In this document: in pieces, positions 10,686 to 20,240 of the stretch | How positions within the stretch are numbered: position 1 is the first letter of the stretch | Layout of the letters: the number at the start of each line of letters is the position of its first letter | Source of the DNA: Candidatus Woesearchaeota archaeon | Lineage (GTDB): Archaea > Nanobdellota > Nanobdellia > Woesearchaeales > B72-G16 | Assembly: GCA_003650545.1 (NCBI GenBank) | Contig: QMQO01000001.1 | Location: forward strand, 68,845-105,539 | Direction: 5' to 3' | Length of the DNA stretch: 36,695 nt | Notes under the pieces: model-generated | What the model was told of the DNA's origin: nothing | Seen by the model: the letters and a program-made list of their open reading frames with translations, nothing else | The model's database searches: none | Translations under genes and position numbers: made by a program

Positions 10686-12425
10686 TCAGTGGTATTTTTT
10701 TAGGCTCGTCTGTCCCTTCTGTTTGCCTTCTGGCACTTGAATCTTTTCAGTTAGTATCTCTTGTCCTGTCTGTTTTTTGATGTTCAATGCTATGGCTTTA
10801 CCAATTAACTGAGCTAACAATGTTACATCTGCTCTCTTTACATCACCCAGATTGCGAATCTTGTTGTTGAATAGTTTTCTTGCACGTACCCTGCCTATGT
10901 CTTTCAACTTTAGAAGTGGAAGAAGTTCTTCGTGAACACCATATTTGAGACGGAATCTTAACTTTTTAATCTCTCTTAGTAACGATTGAAACTGCAAAAT
11001 TCTAGTTAACTCTTCTGTAGAATAAAGCAACCAGTCGGCAATCTCGAGCTTGACGCGGATCTCGCCCGGACGAATATCGTATTTCTCAAGAAGATATTCT
11101 TCATTGCACTCTTCGATCCAGTCTAGCATAAACAAAGCTGTTTTAACAGAATTGATGTAGTCTCCATATTCTGACCCGTAGATGTCGGGTTCATTCTCTA
11201 GTAGATGATCTTGCCATTCAATGATTGAGCTCTGTATATCCTCATATTCTCTAGTTTTAACACGTAAAAGCGGACGCATCTCTAATGTGTGACTTATAAT
11301 CTGAAGAAATGATATCGGTTTGATGCTATAGGGTTTAGACGCAGCACATTTTATAGCTTCTATGATGTGGTGTGCTGTTAGAGGATCAAGGTATAGTTCA
11401 GCGATTCTCTTGCCGAGAGTGGTTGCTCTATAAGATTCAAAAGATTCTATGTTAATAGAATTGGTTGCTGCATTGTTACCTTCTTTATTGTTATCAAAAT
11501 TGTCAGAATTATTGTTATCAGAATTATTATTGTCGGAGTTATTATTGTCAGAATTATTATTGTTAGAATTATTATTGTCGGAATTATTATTATCAGAAGT
11601 TACAAGACTATCTGCACTAGTAAAATCTTCGGATCCTTTTTTGATGAATTCAAAATCCTCAAGCATGTGGATCACCTTTTCAAGGATTAGTTTTATGTGT
11701 TCCATGTCTTTAAACTGGTGCGCCCAAAATGTTCTCGAAAAGAAATTCAGCATTTCTTTCTTTGTGCTTACAACACCTGTAGCTATTAATGATAGCACAT
11801 ATGTCCTAAGAACAGGTTCAACAGCAAGCTTTGAATATATATCTTCAGGATAACCATTGATGTAACGTTTTATAATCTCTTTTCTTTCATGTTCAGTTGA
11901 TGCGATTGCAACAGCTTCGCCAATCTTTTCGTATTTAGGGCGACCAGCCCTGCCGGACATTTGCATATATTCTAGAACTGGGACATATTTTAATCCCTGA
12001 TGCGTATAACGTTTCAGGTCCTTGGTGATTGCTCTATATGCGGGGAGATCAACACCCATTGCAAGACTGGGGGTACACGCAATGATCTTTAGTTCACCAG
12101 ATCTGAATGCTTCTTCTATAATATCGCGTTGTTTTGCGGTGAGACCAGCATGATGGAATGCTGTACCTTTTTTGACACATTTTGCGAGACGCAAGCATTG
12201 CTTTGTTGGTTTACTTATTGCTTTTAATATCCCATCTGCAAGTTTTGTTAATTTTGTGTTGGTTGTTTTGATATGTTTGGCAATGTCCTCTGCTGTTTTC
12301 TCTGCTGATCTTTTAGTGTTCACAAAGATTAAAGCTTGCTTTTGCTTATTAATCGTATCAATAGCTATATTAATTACAGGATAATCTGTTGGCTGAGCAA
12401 TTTTCATTTGAGAATCAAATTTCAA
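10686..12425 (-). CDS. hel308: Hel308/Hjm Ski2-like helicase, C-terminal part only (RecA2, winged helix, ratchet, HhH); RecA1 with Walker A/B is absent
   Basis: Motifs QALIFVNTKR, AFHHAGL, TPSLAMGVDLPA, QMSGRAGRP, ATTLGKRIAELYLDP and IGRVRARKL are present. There is no GKT or DExH motif. Confidence 0.85.
   Translation of the reverse strand: MKFDSQMKIAQPTDYPVINIAIDTINKQKQALIFVNTKRSAEKTAEDIAKHIKTTNTKLTKLADGILKAISKPTKQCLRLAKCVKKGTAFHHAGLTAKQRDIIEEAFRSGELKIIACTPSLAMGVDLPAYRAITKDLKRYTHQGLKYVPVLEYMQMSGRAGRPKYEKIGEAVAIASTEHERKEIIKRYINGYPEDIYSKLAVEPVLRTYVLSLIATGVVSTKKEMLNFFSRTFWAHQFKDMEHIKLILEKVIHMLEDFEFIKKGSEDFTSADSLVTSDNNNSDNNNSNNNNSDNNNSDNNNSDNNNSDNFDNNKEGNNAATNSINIESFESYRATTLGKRIAELYLDPLTAHHIIEAIKCAASKPYSIKPISFLQIISHTLEMRPLLRVKTREYEDIQSSIIEWQDHLLENEPDIYGSEYGDYINSVKTALFMLDWIEECNEEYLLEKYDIRPGEIRVKLEIADWLLYSTEELTRILQFQSLLREIKKLRFRLKYGVHEELLPLLKLKDIGRVRARKLFNNKIRNLGDVKRADVTLLAQLIGKAIALNIKKQTGQEILTEKIQVPEGKQKGQTSLKKYH
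11506..11595 (-). repeat. Six 15-nt tandem units encoding (SDNNN)n inside hel308
   Basis: GAATTATTATTGTCA-like units on the + strand start at 11506, 11521, 11536, 11551, 11566 and 11581. Confidence 0.9.
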
Positions 12426-13182
12426 TCTTTTCTTTTGTAGGTTGTTCTAACGCTGCTCTGGCTTTGGTTATTGTTATATCTCCGAAATGCTTTAGTTGTT
12501 CTATGTTAATTTTTCTACTGTTAGCCAGATGCAACAACGATATGAATGTGTATATAACATCTGCTTTCTTTTTTGAAGGCAGGATTTGAGAGAATTTAAC
12601 CTGCTCAGTCTCCTTAAACATACTTTCTATTTTACTATAGACCTTTTCGATTAACTTGCTTATATCTATCTTTTTCTTCGGTACTTCAACCTTACGGAAT
12701 GTATCTGGTTTGAATGGCCTTCTATGTTTTACTTCGAGAGCTTTATCTAATGCCTTAACCAAGTCAAAGATTGATACTTTTCTTCTTCTAGGCTGTGGTG
12801 TTCTTGGAACAAGTTTAACACCAGTATCCTGGCTTGGATATTTCATCGCTCTATACTCTTGTTGCAGTTCTTCATAAAACTCGTCTGTTTCTGGTGATGT
12901 AAGTAATTGATCAAGCGCGTTTATGTCGTCCTTCAATAGTTTTCTTGACTTTATTCTAAGAAGAATTGCAGATGCAAAGATGAGTTTGGCTGGCAGGTTT
13001 AGATTTAGCTCTTTCATTGCTTTAATCGTCTCCAAAAAACGAGCAGATAGCTTTGATACGTCTATATCCCAAGGATCCATCTCTTCGCTCTTTATTGCAT
13101 TATATAGAATGGACTTCCATGTGATCTCTTCTTCACTCATCAATAAATTGTATATGCGATCTTGAATTTCTTTTTTTGACAT
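12415..13182 (-). CDS. scpA: Segregation and condensation protein A (kleisin)
   Basis: Motifs MDPWDIDVSKL, ASAILLRIKS, RKVSIFDLVKAL and VIYTFISLLHLAN...IEQLKHFGDI. Confidence 0.9.
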   Translation of the reverse strand: MSKKEIQDRIYNLLMSEEEITWKSILYNAIKSEEMDPWDIDVSKLSARFLETIKAMKELNLNLPAKLIFASAILLRIKSRKLLKDDINALDQLLTSPETDEFYEELQQEYRAMKYPSQDTGVKLVPRTPQPRRRKVSIFDLVKALDKALEVKHRRPFKPDTFRKVEVPKKKIDISKLIEKVYSKIESMFKETEQVKFSQILPSKKKADVIYTFISLLHLANSRKINIEQLKHFGDITITKARAALEQPTKEKIEI

Positions 13183-13326
13183 AAGTTCATTGTTTTTCTT
13201 TAATATATAAATATTTGTAGTTTTATGGTGTTGAAATGTGAAATTCTTATATGAAATTTAATTGTTGTATGGAAAAATTTATAAATAATCTATATTTTAA
13301 GGTTGTGAGAAAAGAGAGGTTAGAGT

Positions 13327-14766
13327 ATGCAGAGATATGTGCGATTTGGGATGTTGATTTTGTTAATATTAATTTTATCTTCATTATCGTATGCTGCATC
13401 AACTGCTAACACAACCACGAATATTTACATTCTTAATTCTGCTCCAAACATAACTTCTATTAGTGATTCTCCAGACCCTGTTGAGATAACTACACAGACA
13501 ATGACTTTTACAGCAAATATTACTGATAACAATGGTGTTCCTCAAGATATAGCTTCAGTTGTTGTTGAGCTTAACAATGGGACAGGATCAACAACAGACG
13601 ATATTAATTTAACAATGACATATAATGAAGGCTCAGGTTTATATAAAAATACAACTTATTTTGTGCCTCATTCAGGAACATTGGGGGCTTGGAGTTACAT
13701 TATTTACGCAACCGATAATACAGGAGCTGTTGATAGCCTGTCTGGCGCATTCACAGTACAGGATACGCTTAGACCAAATGTAACAAATGTGTTACCATCT
13801 AAAAATATAACTCTTATAGATGATTCAAATGTTAGCATCAATGCAACAGTAACAGATAATGGAATTATCAGTTCAGTGATTGTTGAGGTGACTCAACCAA
13901 ACAACTTTAAAGAAAATGTAACTGCTACTTATCTTGGAAATAATGTATATGGTTATACTTATACGAATACAACACAAGACGGTTATTATAATGCGACTTT
14001 CTATGTGTATGATACAGCAAATAATCTGAATAATTCCGGCTACACATACTTTATAGTGGGAGATATTATATCACCTTCAATTGGACAACCAGTTAGTACG
14101 CCACAAGCTGTTGACCCTGGTAATTCGCTCAATATAACAGTAAATGTTACTGATAATATTGCTGTGGATACTGTCTTGGTTGAGATACAAAATATTAACT
14201 ATACAATGAATGATGGTCCTGGTAATTTATACTATTATGATCAACATGATACATCTGTTCCTAATGCAGGAACATATGTTTATACTGTGTATGCAAATGA
14301 TACTTCCCAAAACTGGGGAACGCCACAGACAGGAAACTTCACGATTAATCCGTTGGTGTCGATCACAATAACCCAAATACCAATTGACTTTGGTAATGTA
14401 ACAGTGCCTGCAACAAACAGACGCGCAGATAATGGTACGGCAGGTAGTGGGTACTCAGGAGGAACGATCAAAGGGTTCCCAATGATTGCTAACAACACTG
14501 GAAATGTACAAGAGAACTTTAGCATTTCAGGAACTGACTTGTATGGTTTAACTAATTCATCTTATACAATCACTGTTAGCAATATTAAGTATGACACTGA
14601 CAATAACATAACAGGCGCCAGTTCATTATCAGGAACACCAACTAGGTATGCTGGAAATGTTATCCGATTTAACATCCAGAATGTATACTTTTGGATAACA
14701 GTGCCTACAGGAATACCGAGCCAGGCATACCAAGGTAATGTAACTGTTTCAGCACAACAATCGTAA
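13327..14766 (+). CDS. Secreted Ig-like repeat glycoprotein (surface/S-layer-like)
   Basis: Signal peptide; rich in Thr and Asn with many N-x-S/T sequons; repeated ITANVTDN / YANDT motifs. Confidence 0.7.
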   Translation: MQRYVRFGMLILLILILSSLSYAASTANTTTNIYILNSAPNITSISDSPDPVEITTQTMTFTANITDNNGVPQDIASVVVELNNGTGSTTDDINLTMTYNEGSGLYKNTTYFVPHSGTLGAWSYIIYATDNTGAVDSLSGAFTVQDTLRPNVTNVLPSKNITLIDDSNVSINATVTDNGIISSVIVEVTQPNNFKENVTATYLGNNVYGYTYTNTTQDGYYNATFYVYDTANNLNNSGYTYFIVGDIISPSIGQPVSTPQAVDPGNSLNITVNVTDNIAVDTVLVEIQNINYTMNDGPGNLYYYDQHDTSVPNAGTYVYTVYANDTSQNWGTPQTGNFTINPLVSITITQIPIDFGNVTVPATNRRADNGTAGSGYSGGTIKGFPMIANNTGNVQENFSISGTDLYGLTNSSYTITVSNIKYDTDNNITGASSLSGTPTRYAGNVIRFNIQNVYFWITVPTGIPSQAYQGNVTVSAQQS

Positions 14767-14868
14767 AATGATTTTTATGCCAAAAAATACAAAATAGAAT
14801 TTGCTGATTTTTGGTGTCTCGAAATCCGCATGGCGGATCTTTAGGATTTTTAAACTTGAGGTGGGGCA

Positions 14869-16203
14869 ATGAAAAAAATATTCTTTTTTTTGATTTTTTT
14901 TTTAGTTATGATGTCTGCTTTTGTTGTTGCTAGAACAGGTATCGCTGTTGCACCAGGTTGTTATAAAGTTGGTGTCAATGGTAATTGTGTTAGGGATTAC
15001 CATCTGAGAAATGAGTCTGTGGTTTATTATGAATTCAGGGTTTACAACTATGATAATCATTCAAAAGGTTTTGTGGTCTATACAGAAGGGGTAAACAAGG
15101 ACTCTATTAATATCGTACCCAAAACTTTTAATTTAGGTCAGTATCAACAAGGAGAACAATGTGGTGAATCTGAAGGCTGTAAACGTATCATTGTTGCTGT
15201 TCATGTATCAAAGCTTTATACAGGGAATTACTCTTTTCCTATAATTATTGAAACCTTAACTGGTGGAAGTGTACTCTCTCTAAAACAGCAGGTTATTGCA
15301 AGAATACAATTAGGATTGGTTGATACATATGAGGAATTAAATGAACATCTAAATAAGCAATCGGCTGCACAGCAAATTCCTAGTCAGGAAGAGTTTGAAA
15401 AAGAATCTACTAATATAACAAGAAAAGAGAAGGTGGTTTATACATATGTGGATATACCTGGCAGACCATATTGGCACTATATACTTTTTTTCACGATTTT
15501 GGTTCTGGTTATTGCATTTCTTATGCTATTTTTCCTTCCGATTAAATTAAAAAGATATCTTAAAGTAAAAGGGGAGGGTTATAGCCTTTTGATAATTGCG
15601 AAAAATATTTCTTTTTTGAGATTGATACATAATTTTGTGATAGTTTGTACCTTTAAAGATCCTTTCTTGATAAAGAGTGTCAATGTGAATAACAAACCTA
15701 TTAGCTTAATACGAGCTGATGCAAAAAAAAAGAACACATTCAACAACCTTATAGAGAATGTGATTAAACACTCGACTGCGTTCCACCTGGATAAACATCT
15801 AATAATTTTCTGTAAGGGTAGACTAAAGTTTAATAAATCTGTTAATATAGAAGTGAAGTTTAGTCAAGAAGATTTTGAAGAAGATTTTGAAGAAAAGCCT
15901 AAAAGAGAATTTATACATTTTAAATATTACATTCTGGAGGGGCTGTCAAAGGCATTACGTGATATAGACCTAAAGATTTTATATGAGCTAGAGCCAACTG
16001 AGATCGAAGCCAAGGCTATAAGACATCACGATTATAAAGGCCTATTAAAGCTTATGAGGAAAGAGCTCAAGTATCTTTACCTAGACCATTATTTACTTTG
16101 TGCAGAAGCTTTAAAGATTCTTGTGAAAAACAAAAGGTTTAAGAGATTCCATTTTTTATTGAGGATATACGAAAACTTAGTGAGGGAGCATGGGAAAAAA
16201 TAA
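14869..16203 (+). CDS. Membrane-anchored hypothetical protein (signal peptide, extracellular domain, TM helix, cytoplasmic domain)
   Basis: 444 aa ORF with hydrophobic N-terminus and an internal TM segment (YILFFTILVLVIAFLMLFFL); GAGGTG upstream. Confidence 0.65.
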   Translation: MKKIFFFLIFFLVMMSAFVVARTGIAVAPGCYKVGVNGNCVRDYHLRNESVVYYEFRVYNYDNHSKGFVVYTEGVNKDSINIVPKTFNLGQYQQGEQCGESEGCKRIIVAVHVSKLYTGNYSFPIIIETLTGGSVLSLKQQVIARIQLGLVDTYEELNEHLNKQSAAQQIPSQEEFEKESTNITRKEKVVYTYVDIPGRPYWHYILFFTILVLVIAFLMLFFLPIKLKRYLKVKGEGYSLLIIAKNISFLRLIHNFVIVCTFKDPFLIKSVNVNNKPISLIRADAKKKNTFNNLIENVIKHSTAFHLDKHLIIFCKGRLKFNKSVNIEVKFSQEDFEEDFEEKPKREFIHFKYYILEGLSKALRDIDLKILYELEPTEIEAKAIRHHDYKGLLKLMRKELKYLYLDHYLLCAEALKILVKNKRFKRFHFLLRIYENLVREHGKK

Positions 16204-18289
16204 TCTTTTTATTGGTTTTATTGTTCTCTTGGTTTTGTTAGTACTTCCTATGGCATATTCTGATGTAACTTCTGCAAATGTATTTCTTAATCCACAACCG
16301 ACAGGCGAACCCTGTGTTTCAGATGAGGGTTGTATAACAGGACTTTGTGTGCCGGGTTATGGTATTTGTGCTTGCCTGAATAATGGGCATTGTCCGAATG
16401 GTTATGTTTGTATTAATAACCTTTGTGTTACTTCTCATCTTTCGACTGATTTTAACAAATACTCTATGAATACGAATGTCACAATAACAGGGGATGATTT
16501 TAGCAGCAATGGATTGTTAGAATTATCTATTAGAAATTCAAGTGCTTTTGTTTTTGGACCATTAAATAGATCTCTGGATTCAGGAGGATGGTTTACCTAC
16601 TCGTGGAATATATCAGATAGTCCATATGGAAATTACACTGTTGTTGCTACTGATTTGAATGAGTCTGCATTGAGCAAGAATATAACTTTTCAGGTAGTGC
16701 CTCCATATACTCTGAGCGTGAGGGTTGTTGATGCTTCAAATGCGAGTATGCCGAGCATAGTCAATATAAGCATCAAAAGAGCAGGACAAAATGATTCAGA
16801 GTATCATTTAGATGATGAAAATATATCGACTGTTTTGAGTTACGCTGTATATTATAACATAAGGATACAGCCAACAGATGAGATAGATGTTGAAGAGGTT
16901 TTTATTGATAGCCTTGTAAATATAGGCAATCTATCTGGAGAGCTGGTTGGGATAGACGATACACCAGAGAATGCGTCTACATTTGCCAATTTTGTTGCTT
17001 TGGCTGCAATACAGCCTTATTTTAATGTTTCTCGCATAGATCATTATAGTGTAGTCATAAAGCACCCTACAAATAAAACATTTGTTTTATTTAAATGTGT
17101 TGACTGGAATTTTACAGAAAGAAGGTGTAATACAGACGCAACGAACTGGACGTTTGTTAAGTTCGTAACAGCTGGTGCTTCTTTAACTACTGTTGATATA
17201 TACAATCAGGGCGATCCTGGTTTGGGTGTTTTTACATCATGTGGGCGGGATATAGATGGTAATGGCAACAGATGCGATTCAAATGAAGATTCCTTAAGTT
17301 GTCCCGAGGATTGTCCACCAGGCTCTCCGCCTCCATCAGGTGGTGGCGGTGGTGTCTATTATCGTAGTTATTCTCCAGCAGTGTACAAGGCTATCAATGC
17401 CACCCCCCCAGAAGAAATTAAAAAGCTATTAGCTGATGGAATGAAGCTACTTGTTCCATACATGATAAAGCAATATTATATAATAAATGATAGCGCTTCT
17501 ATATTGTTGAAGGATCAGTTTGATGAAATTATTGTAGGAGCACATGTTAAAATAATCAAACCTGATGGCGAGGTCTATAACCTAAAGACCGGCATGGATG
17601 GAACTGTTATGATTGTATTTGATATCCCTGGGTTATGGAAGGTACAATTCTCAAAGGAAGATTACATTGCGACTCAAATCGAAATTAATGTTGGACTTAA
17701 AAGCGAAGTGATTATGCCGTTCTTTATTGAAAAAGTTAGGATAAGTTATCCATTTTTTACAATCTTTGTGGTCTTGTTTGGGGTATTGGCATCGTTGTTC
17801 GTTGTACATAGTAGTGCACATGTTGTTAAATATAGAAGAACAGTGATGCATGATATTTTATTGTTAAAAGAAAAAGAAAAACAGTTAATGATGGAGCATA
17901 GCCTAAAAAATAAACAGTATGTGCAACAAAAGAAAAAAGAGCGTTTGGCCACATTAAGGGAAAAAGAGAAAAAAGAAAAAGCCAAGGTTAAAGTGTCGGC
18001 TGTCGAAGAAAAGCATGTAATAGATACTGATAAAAAGCATGTTAAAGAAGCCCCAAAGAAAACTTTTATCGAGAAAATTAGGGAGCGTTATGTTGTTAGA
18101 AGCAGGAATATGGCAGATGCTAAGGCTAAAATGGCAAAGGATAGGATGCTTGCGAAGAAAATAGAAGAAGGCCAAGCTGAGATCAAAAAAGCTGAAGTAG
18201 TAAAAGAGGACGCAAAGCATGAGCATCTAAGGAACAAGTTGATTTCTAGATTGAAAAGCTTTTTGGGAAAGAAAAGAAAAAAGGTATAG
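16190..18289 (+). CDS. Membrane-anchored surface protein with Cys-rich modules, Pro/Gly linker and Lys-rich cytoplasmic tail
   Basis: 699 aa. Cys modules CVSDEGC...CINNLC and CDSNEDSLSCPEDC, linker PPPSGGGGG, TM helix near residue 520. Confidence 0.7.
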   Translation: MGKNNLFIGFIVLLVLLVLPMAYSDVTSANVFLNPQPTGEPCVSDEGCITGLCVPGYGICACLNNGHCPNGYVCINNLCVTSHLSTDFNKYSMNTNVTITGDDFSSNGLLELSIRNSSAFVFGPLNRSLDSGGWFTYSWNISDSPYGNYTVVATDLNESALSKNITFQVVPPYTLSVRVVDASNASMPSIVNISIKRAGQNDSEYHLDDENISTVLSYAVYYNIRIQPTDEIDVEEVFIDSLVNIGNLSGELVGIDDTPENASTFANFVALAAIQPYFNVSRIDHYSVVIKHPTNKTFVLFKCVDWNFTERRCNTDATNWTFVKFVTAGASLTTVDIYNQGDPGLGVFTSCGRDIDGNGNRCDSNEDSLSCPEDCPPGSPPPSGGGGGVYYRSYSPAVYKAINATPPEEIKKLLADGMKLLVPYMIKQYYIINDSASILLKDQFDEIIVGAHVKIIKPDGEVYNLKTGMDGTVMIVFDIPGLWKVQFSKEDYIATQIEINVGLKSEVIMPFFIEKVRISYPFFTIFVVLFGVLASLFVVHSSAHVVKYRRTVMHDILLLKEKEKQLMMEHSLKNKQYVQQKKKERLATLREKEKKEKAKVKVSAVEEKHVIDTDKKHVKEAPKKTFIEKIRERYVVRSRNMADAKAKMAKDRMLAKKIEEGQAEIKKAEVVKEDAKHEHLRNKLISRLKSFLGKKRKKV

Positions 18290-18398
18290 AGCATCCTAAG
18301 AACTAACATTAAGTTAACTTCTAAAAAAATATATTGGTTTGGTGTTTCTTGAAGAATAAAAAGCTAAAACTAAAGCAAGTGAGAAAAATTATAAAGAA

Positions 18399-18554
18399 TG
18401 AGCCCGAGGGGATTTGAACCCCCGACTTCGAGAGATTAAATCTGTGTTTTGATCTTCACTCGATCTCTAGCCTGGCTTACCTTTTTTTTTCAGGATATCA
18501 GTTTTGCTGTCTCTTGTGAGACTCGAGCACTCCACCAGACTAAGCTACGGGCTC
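18399..18554 (-). tRNA. tRNA-Ile(GAT) with three BHB introns: 18503-18523 (position 30/31), 18465-18495 (37/38), 18427-18456 (45/46)
   Basis: Removing the introns gives a 74-nt cloverleaf: GAGCCCG TA GCTT AGTCTGGTG GAGT G CTCGA CT-GAT-AA TCGAG TGGTC GGGGG TTCAAAT CCCCT CGGGCTC A. Confidence 0.9.
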
Positions 18555-18578
18555 GATGAAAAGGGCCTTATGGCCCAA

Positions 18579-18765
18579 CGCCTCCGGGCAGATTTTCTCG
18601 CTGCGAAAGCAAGCTCACAACATCTCGAACTGCCGACCTTTGCCGGGTAAAGCGTTTAGTTTTACCTTGCGGTGACTGCTAGTAGGTTTAACAGCTTCGT
18701 GGTCTCAGAGAGACTCGCACGCTCTACCTATTGCTCCATGCTTAACATGTCTAAGCTACGGAGGC
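18579..18765 (-). tRNA. tRNA-Asn(GTT) with five BHB introns: 18731-18750 (15/16), 18696-18715 (30/31), 18674-18688 (37/38), 18640-18667 (43/44), 18593-18623 (59/60)
   Basis: Removing the introns gives a 73-nt cloverleaf: GCCTCCG TA GCTT AGTAGGTA GAGC G TGCGG CT-GTT-AA CCGCA AGGTC GGCAG TTCGAGT CTGCC CGGAGGC G. Confidence 0.9.
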
Positions 18766-18788
18766 ATGTATTTTGGATAAATTAGTCG

Positions 18789-18796
18789 TTTTTAAA
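18789..18796 (-). promoter_or_regulatory. Putative TATA box for a tRNA-Asn/tRNA-Ile co-transcript
   Basis: TTTAAAAA lies about 24-31 nt upstream of the tRNA-Asn 5' end. Confidence 0.5.
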
Positions 18797-18921
18797 GTTT
18801 ACTGTTTTCTGTTTTGAGTGCTCATTGTGAAAATTGGTTACAAAAATGATCTTCTATGTTATCTGTTATCTTTCTGAGATTTTATAGTAGAAATTACAGA
18901 AAAAAAATTTAGGTGATTGTA

Positions 18922-20057
18922 CTAAAATAGTCTTTTCTGTCCAGATTCATCATCATGTTTTAAATCATACCAAGATATAGCCATTTGAAATGGTGAATGT
19001 CCCATTGGTTTTTCTATATAAAAGTGACCACAGCTTTTATTGCTTCTAAAATTACCATGATGCATGTCTCTATTGTAGCCAGCATCTTCGGTTTGATAAA
19101 TTATATCTGATTTTACTGCATCTCTTGTAGAATCTTTATATGTTTTTACAAATCTAACAAAACGTGGTGTGATCATGCCTTCGAATCTTGCAATTCCTAG
19201 AATATCTTCTATTCTTCCACTGACATGCTCTTTGTTCGTTTGTCAATAAAAAGTTCAAAATAACCACTTGATGGTTTAGTTACGTCCCATGTACCTACTA
19301 AATCCGGTTCTTCGTCAGAAAATCTTCCTCTCTCCAAAAAATTAATTGCTTTTCTCAAGCTGATAAAATCATAAGCAACATTTAGATCTGGAATGGCTTC
19401 ATCTATGAATCTTAAAATAAACTTAGAATCTACAACAATATCAGTTGAATATTGTCCAAATTCAATTCCATATTCCTCCTTAATTTCTTTTTGGTTTAAC
19501 ATCCACGCATCAGTATGCCCAATTCCAGCAATAACAGTTTGCACTTCTGCAGCAACAATGTTTCTTAAAATAGCATCGTCTCTTTCTATTAGGTGTATTC
19601 TGTCAGAATTAATCTGAGCCCTGTATAACTTTTCATTTAGCTCTACTAATTTTTTATAATGGTCCCTTTGTGACAGATCATAGTCTAATTCAGAATATTT
19701 TTCTATTATCTTCCTAACTTCAATTATTGTCTGAACATATTTTAACCAAGTAGTTTTATCCTCAAGCCATATAATCCTATGACCAGATGCTGTACAGATC
19801 TGGGCTATTCTGTCCCAGTACCTTGTTGAAGATAGGTAAGCCACCCTAAAACTATTATCGTGACAGATGGCCATAAGATTAGCTTTTACTTCTATCCAGT
19901 CTTCTGGACTTAAATTTTCAATTCCAACTCTAGTCCCTGCAGGAATTTGTTTCAATTTTTCTTCTAATTCTGAAGAAGGTTCTAGATCTATTTCTATTTT
20001 GCCTGACAACAAGTTTACTATATATCCCCCATGCACAACGCCGAACAGTCTTATCAT
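18922..20057 (-). pseudogene. Hypothetical protein split by a 1-nt frameshift near 19230-19240 (joins ORFs 19209..20057 and 18922..19176)
   Basis: ...YFELFIDKRT continues in the shifted frame as EHVSGRIEDILGIARFEGMITPRFVRFVKTY, which runs into the 84 aa ORF. It could be a pseudogene or a sequencing error. Confidence 0.6.
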
Positions 20058-20240
20058 CTTACTTTATCTTTTACTTTACCCTTTTATTTTACCTAGGAAT
20101 ATTAAGATCTTTTCGCTATTAATTCTTGTAACAATATTAACCTTAAAAATCTTTTGGAATAGTAATATGAAATAATGGGATGGAATAGTGGAAAGATAGC
20201 TGATTAGATTCTTTTGAACAGACAATTTTTTATTTAAGAC

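Noticed and set aside
11449..11853. Antisense ORF with (SELLL)n, and the other short ORFs nested in or antisense to long genes
   Set aside because: These are shadow frames of well-supported genes; the Leu repeat is the reverse complement of the Asn repeat.
18429..18440. GAGATTAAA shared between the EF-2 intron and the antisense strand of tRNA-Ile intron 3
   Set aside because: A 9-nt match in AT-rich DNA on the opposite strand is too weak to claim homology.
19209..19260. A second mRNA intron at the frameshift in the 18922-20057 gene
   Set aside because: No BHB could be folded, and one missing base explains the break.
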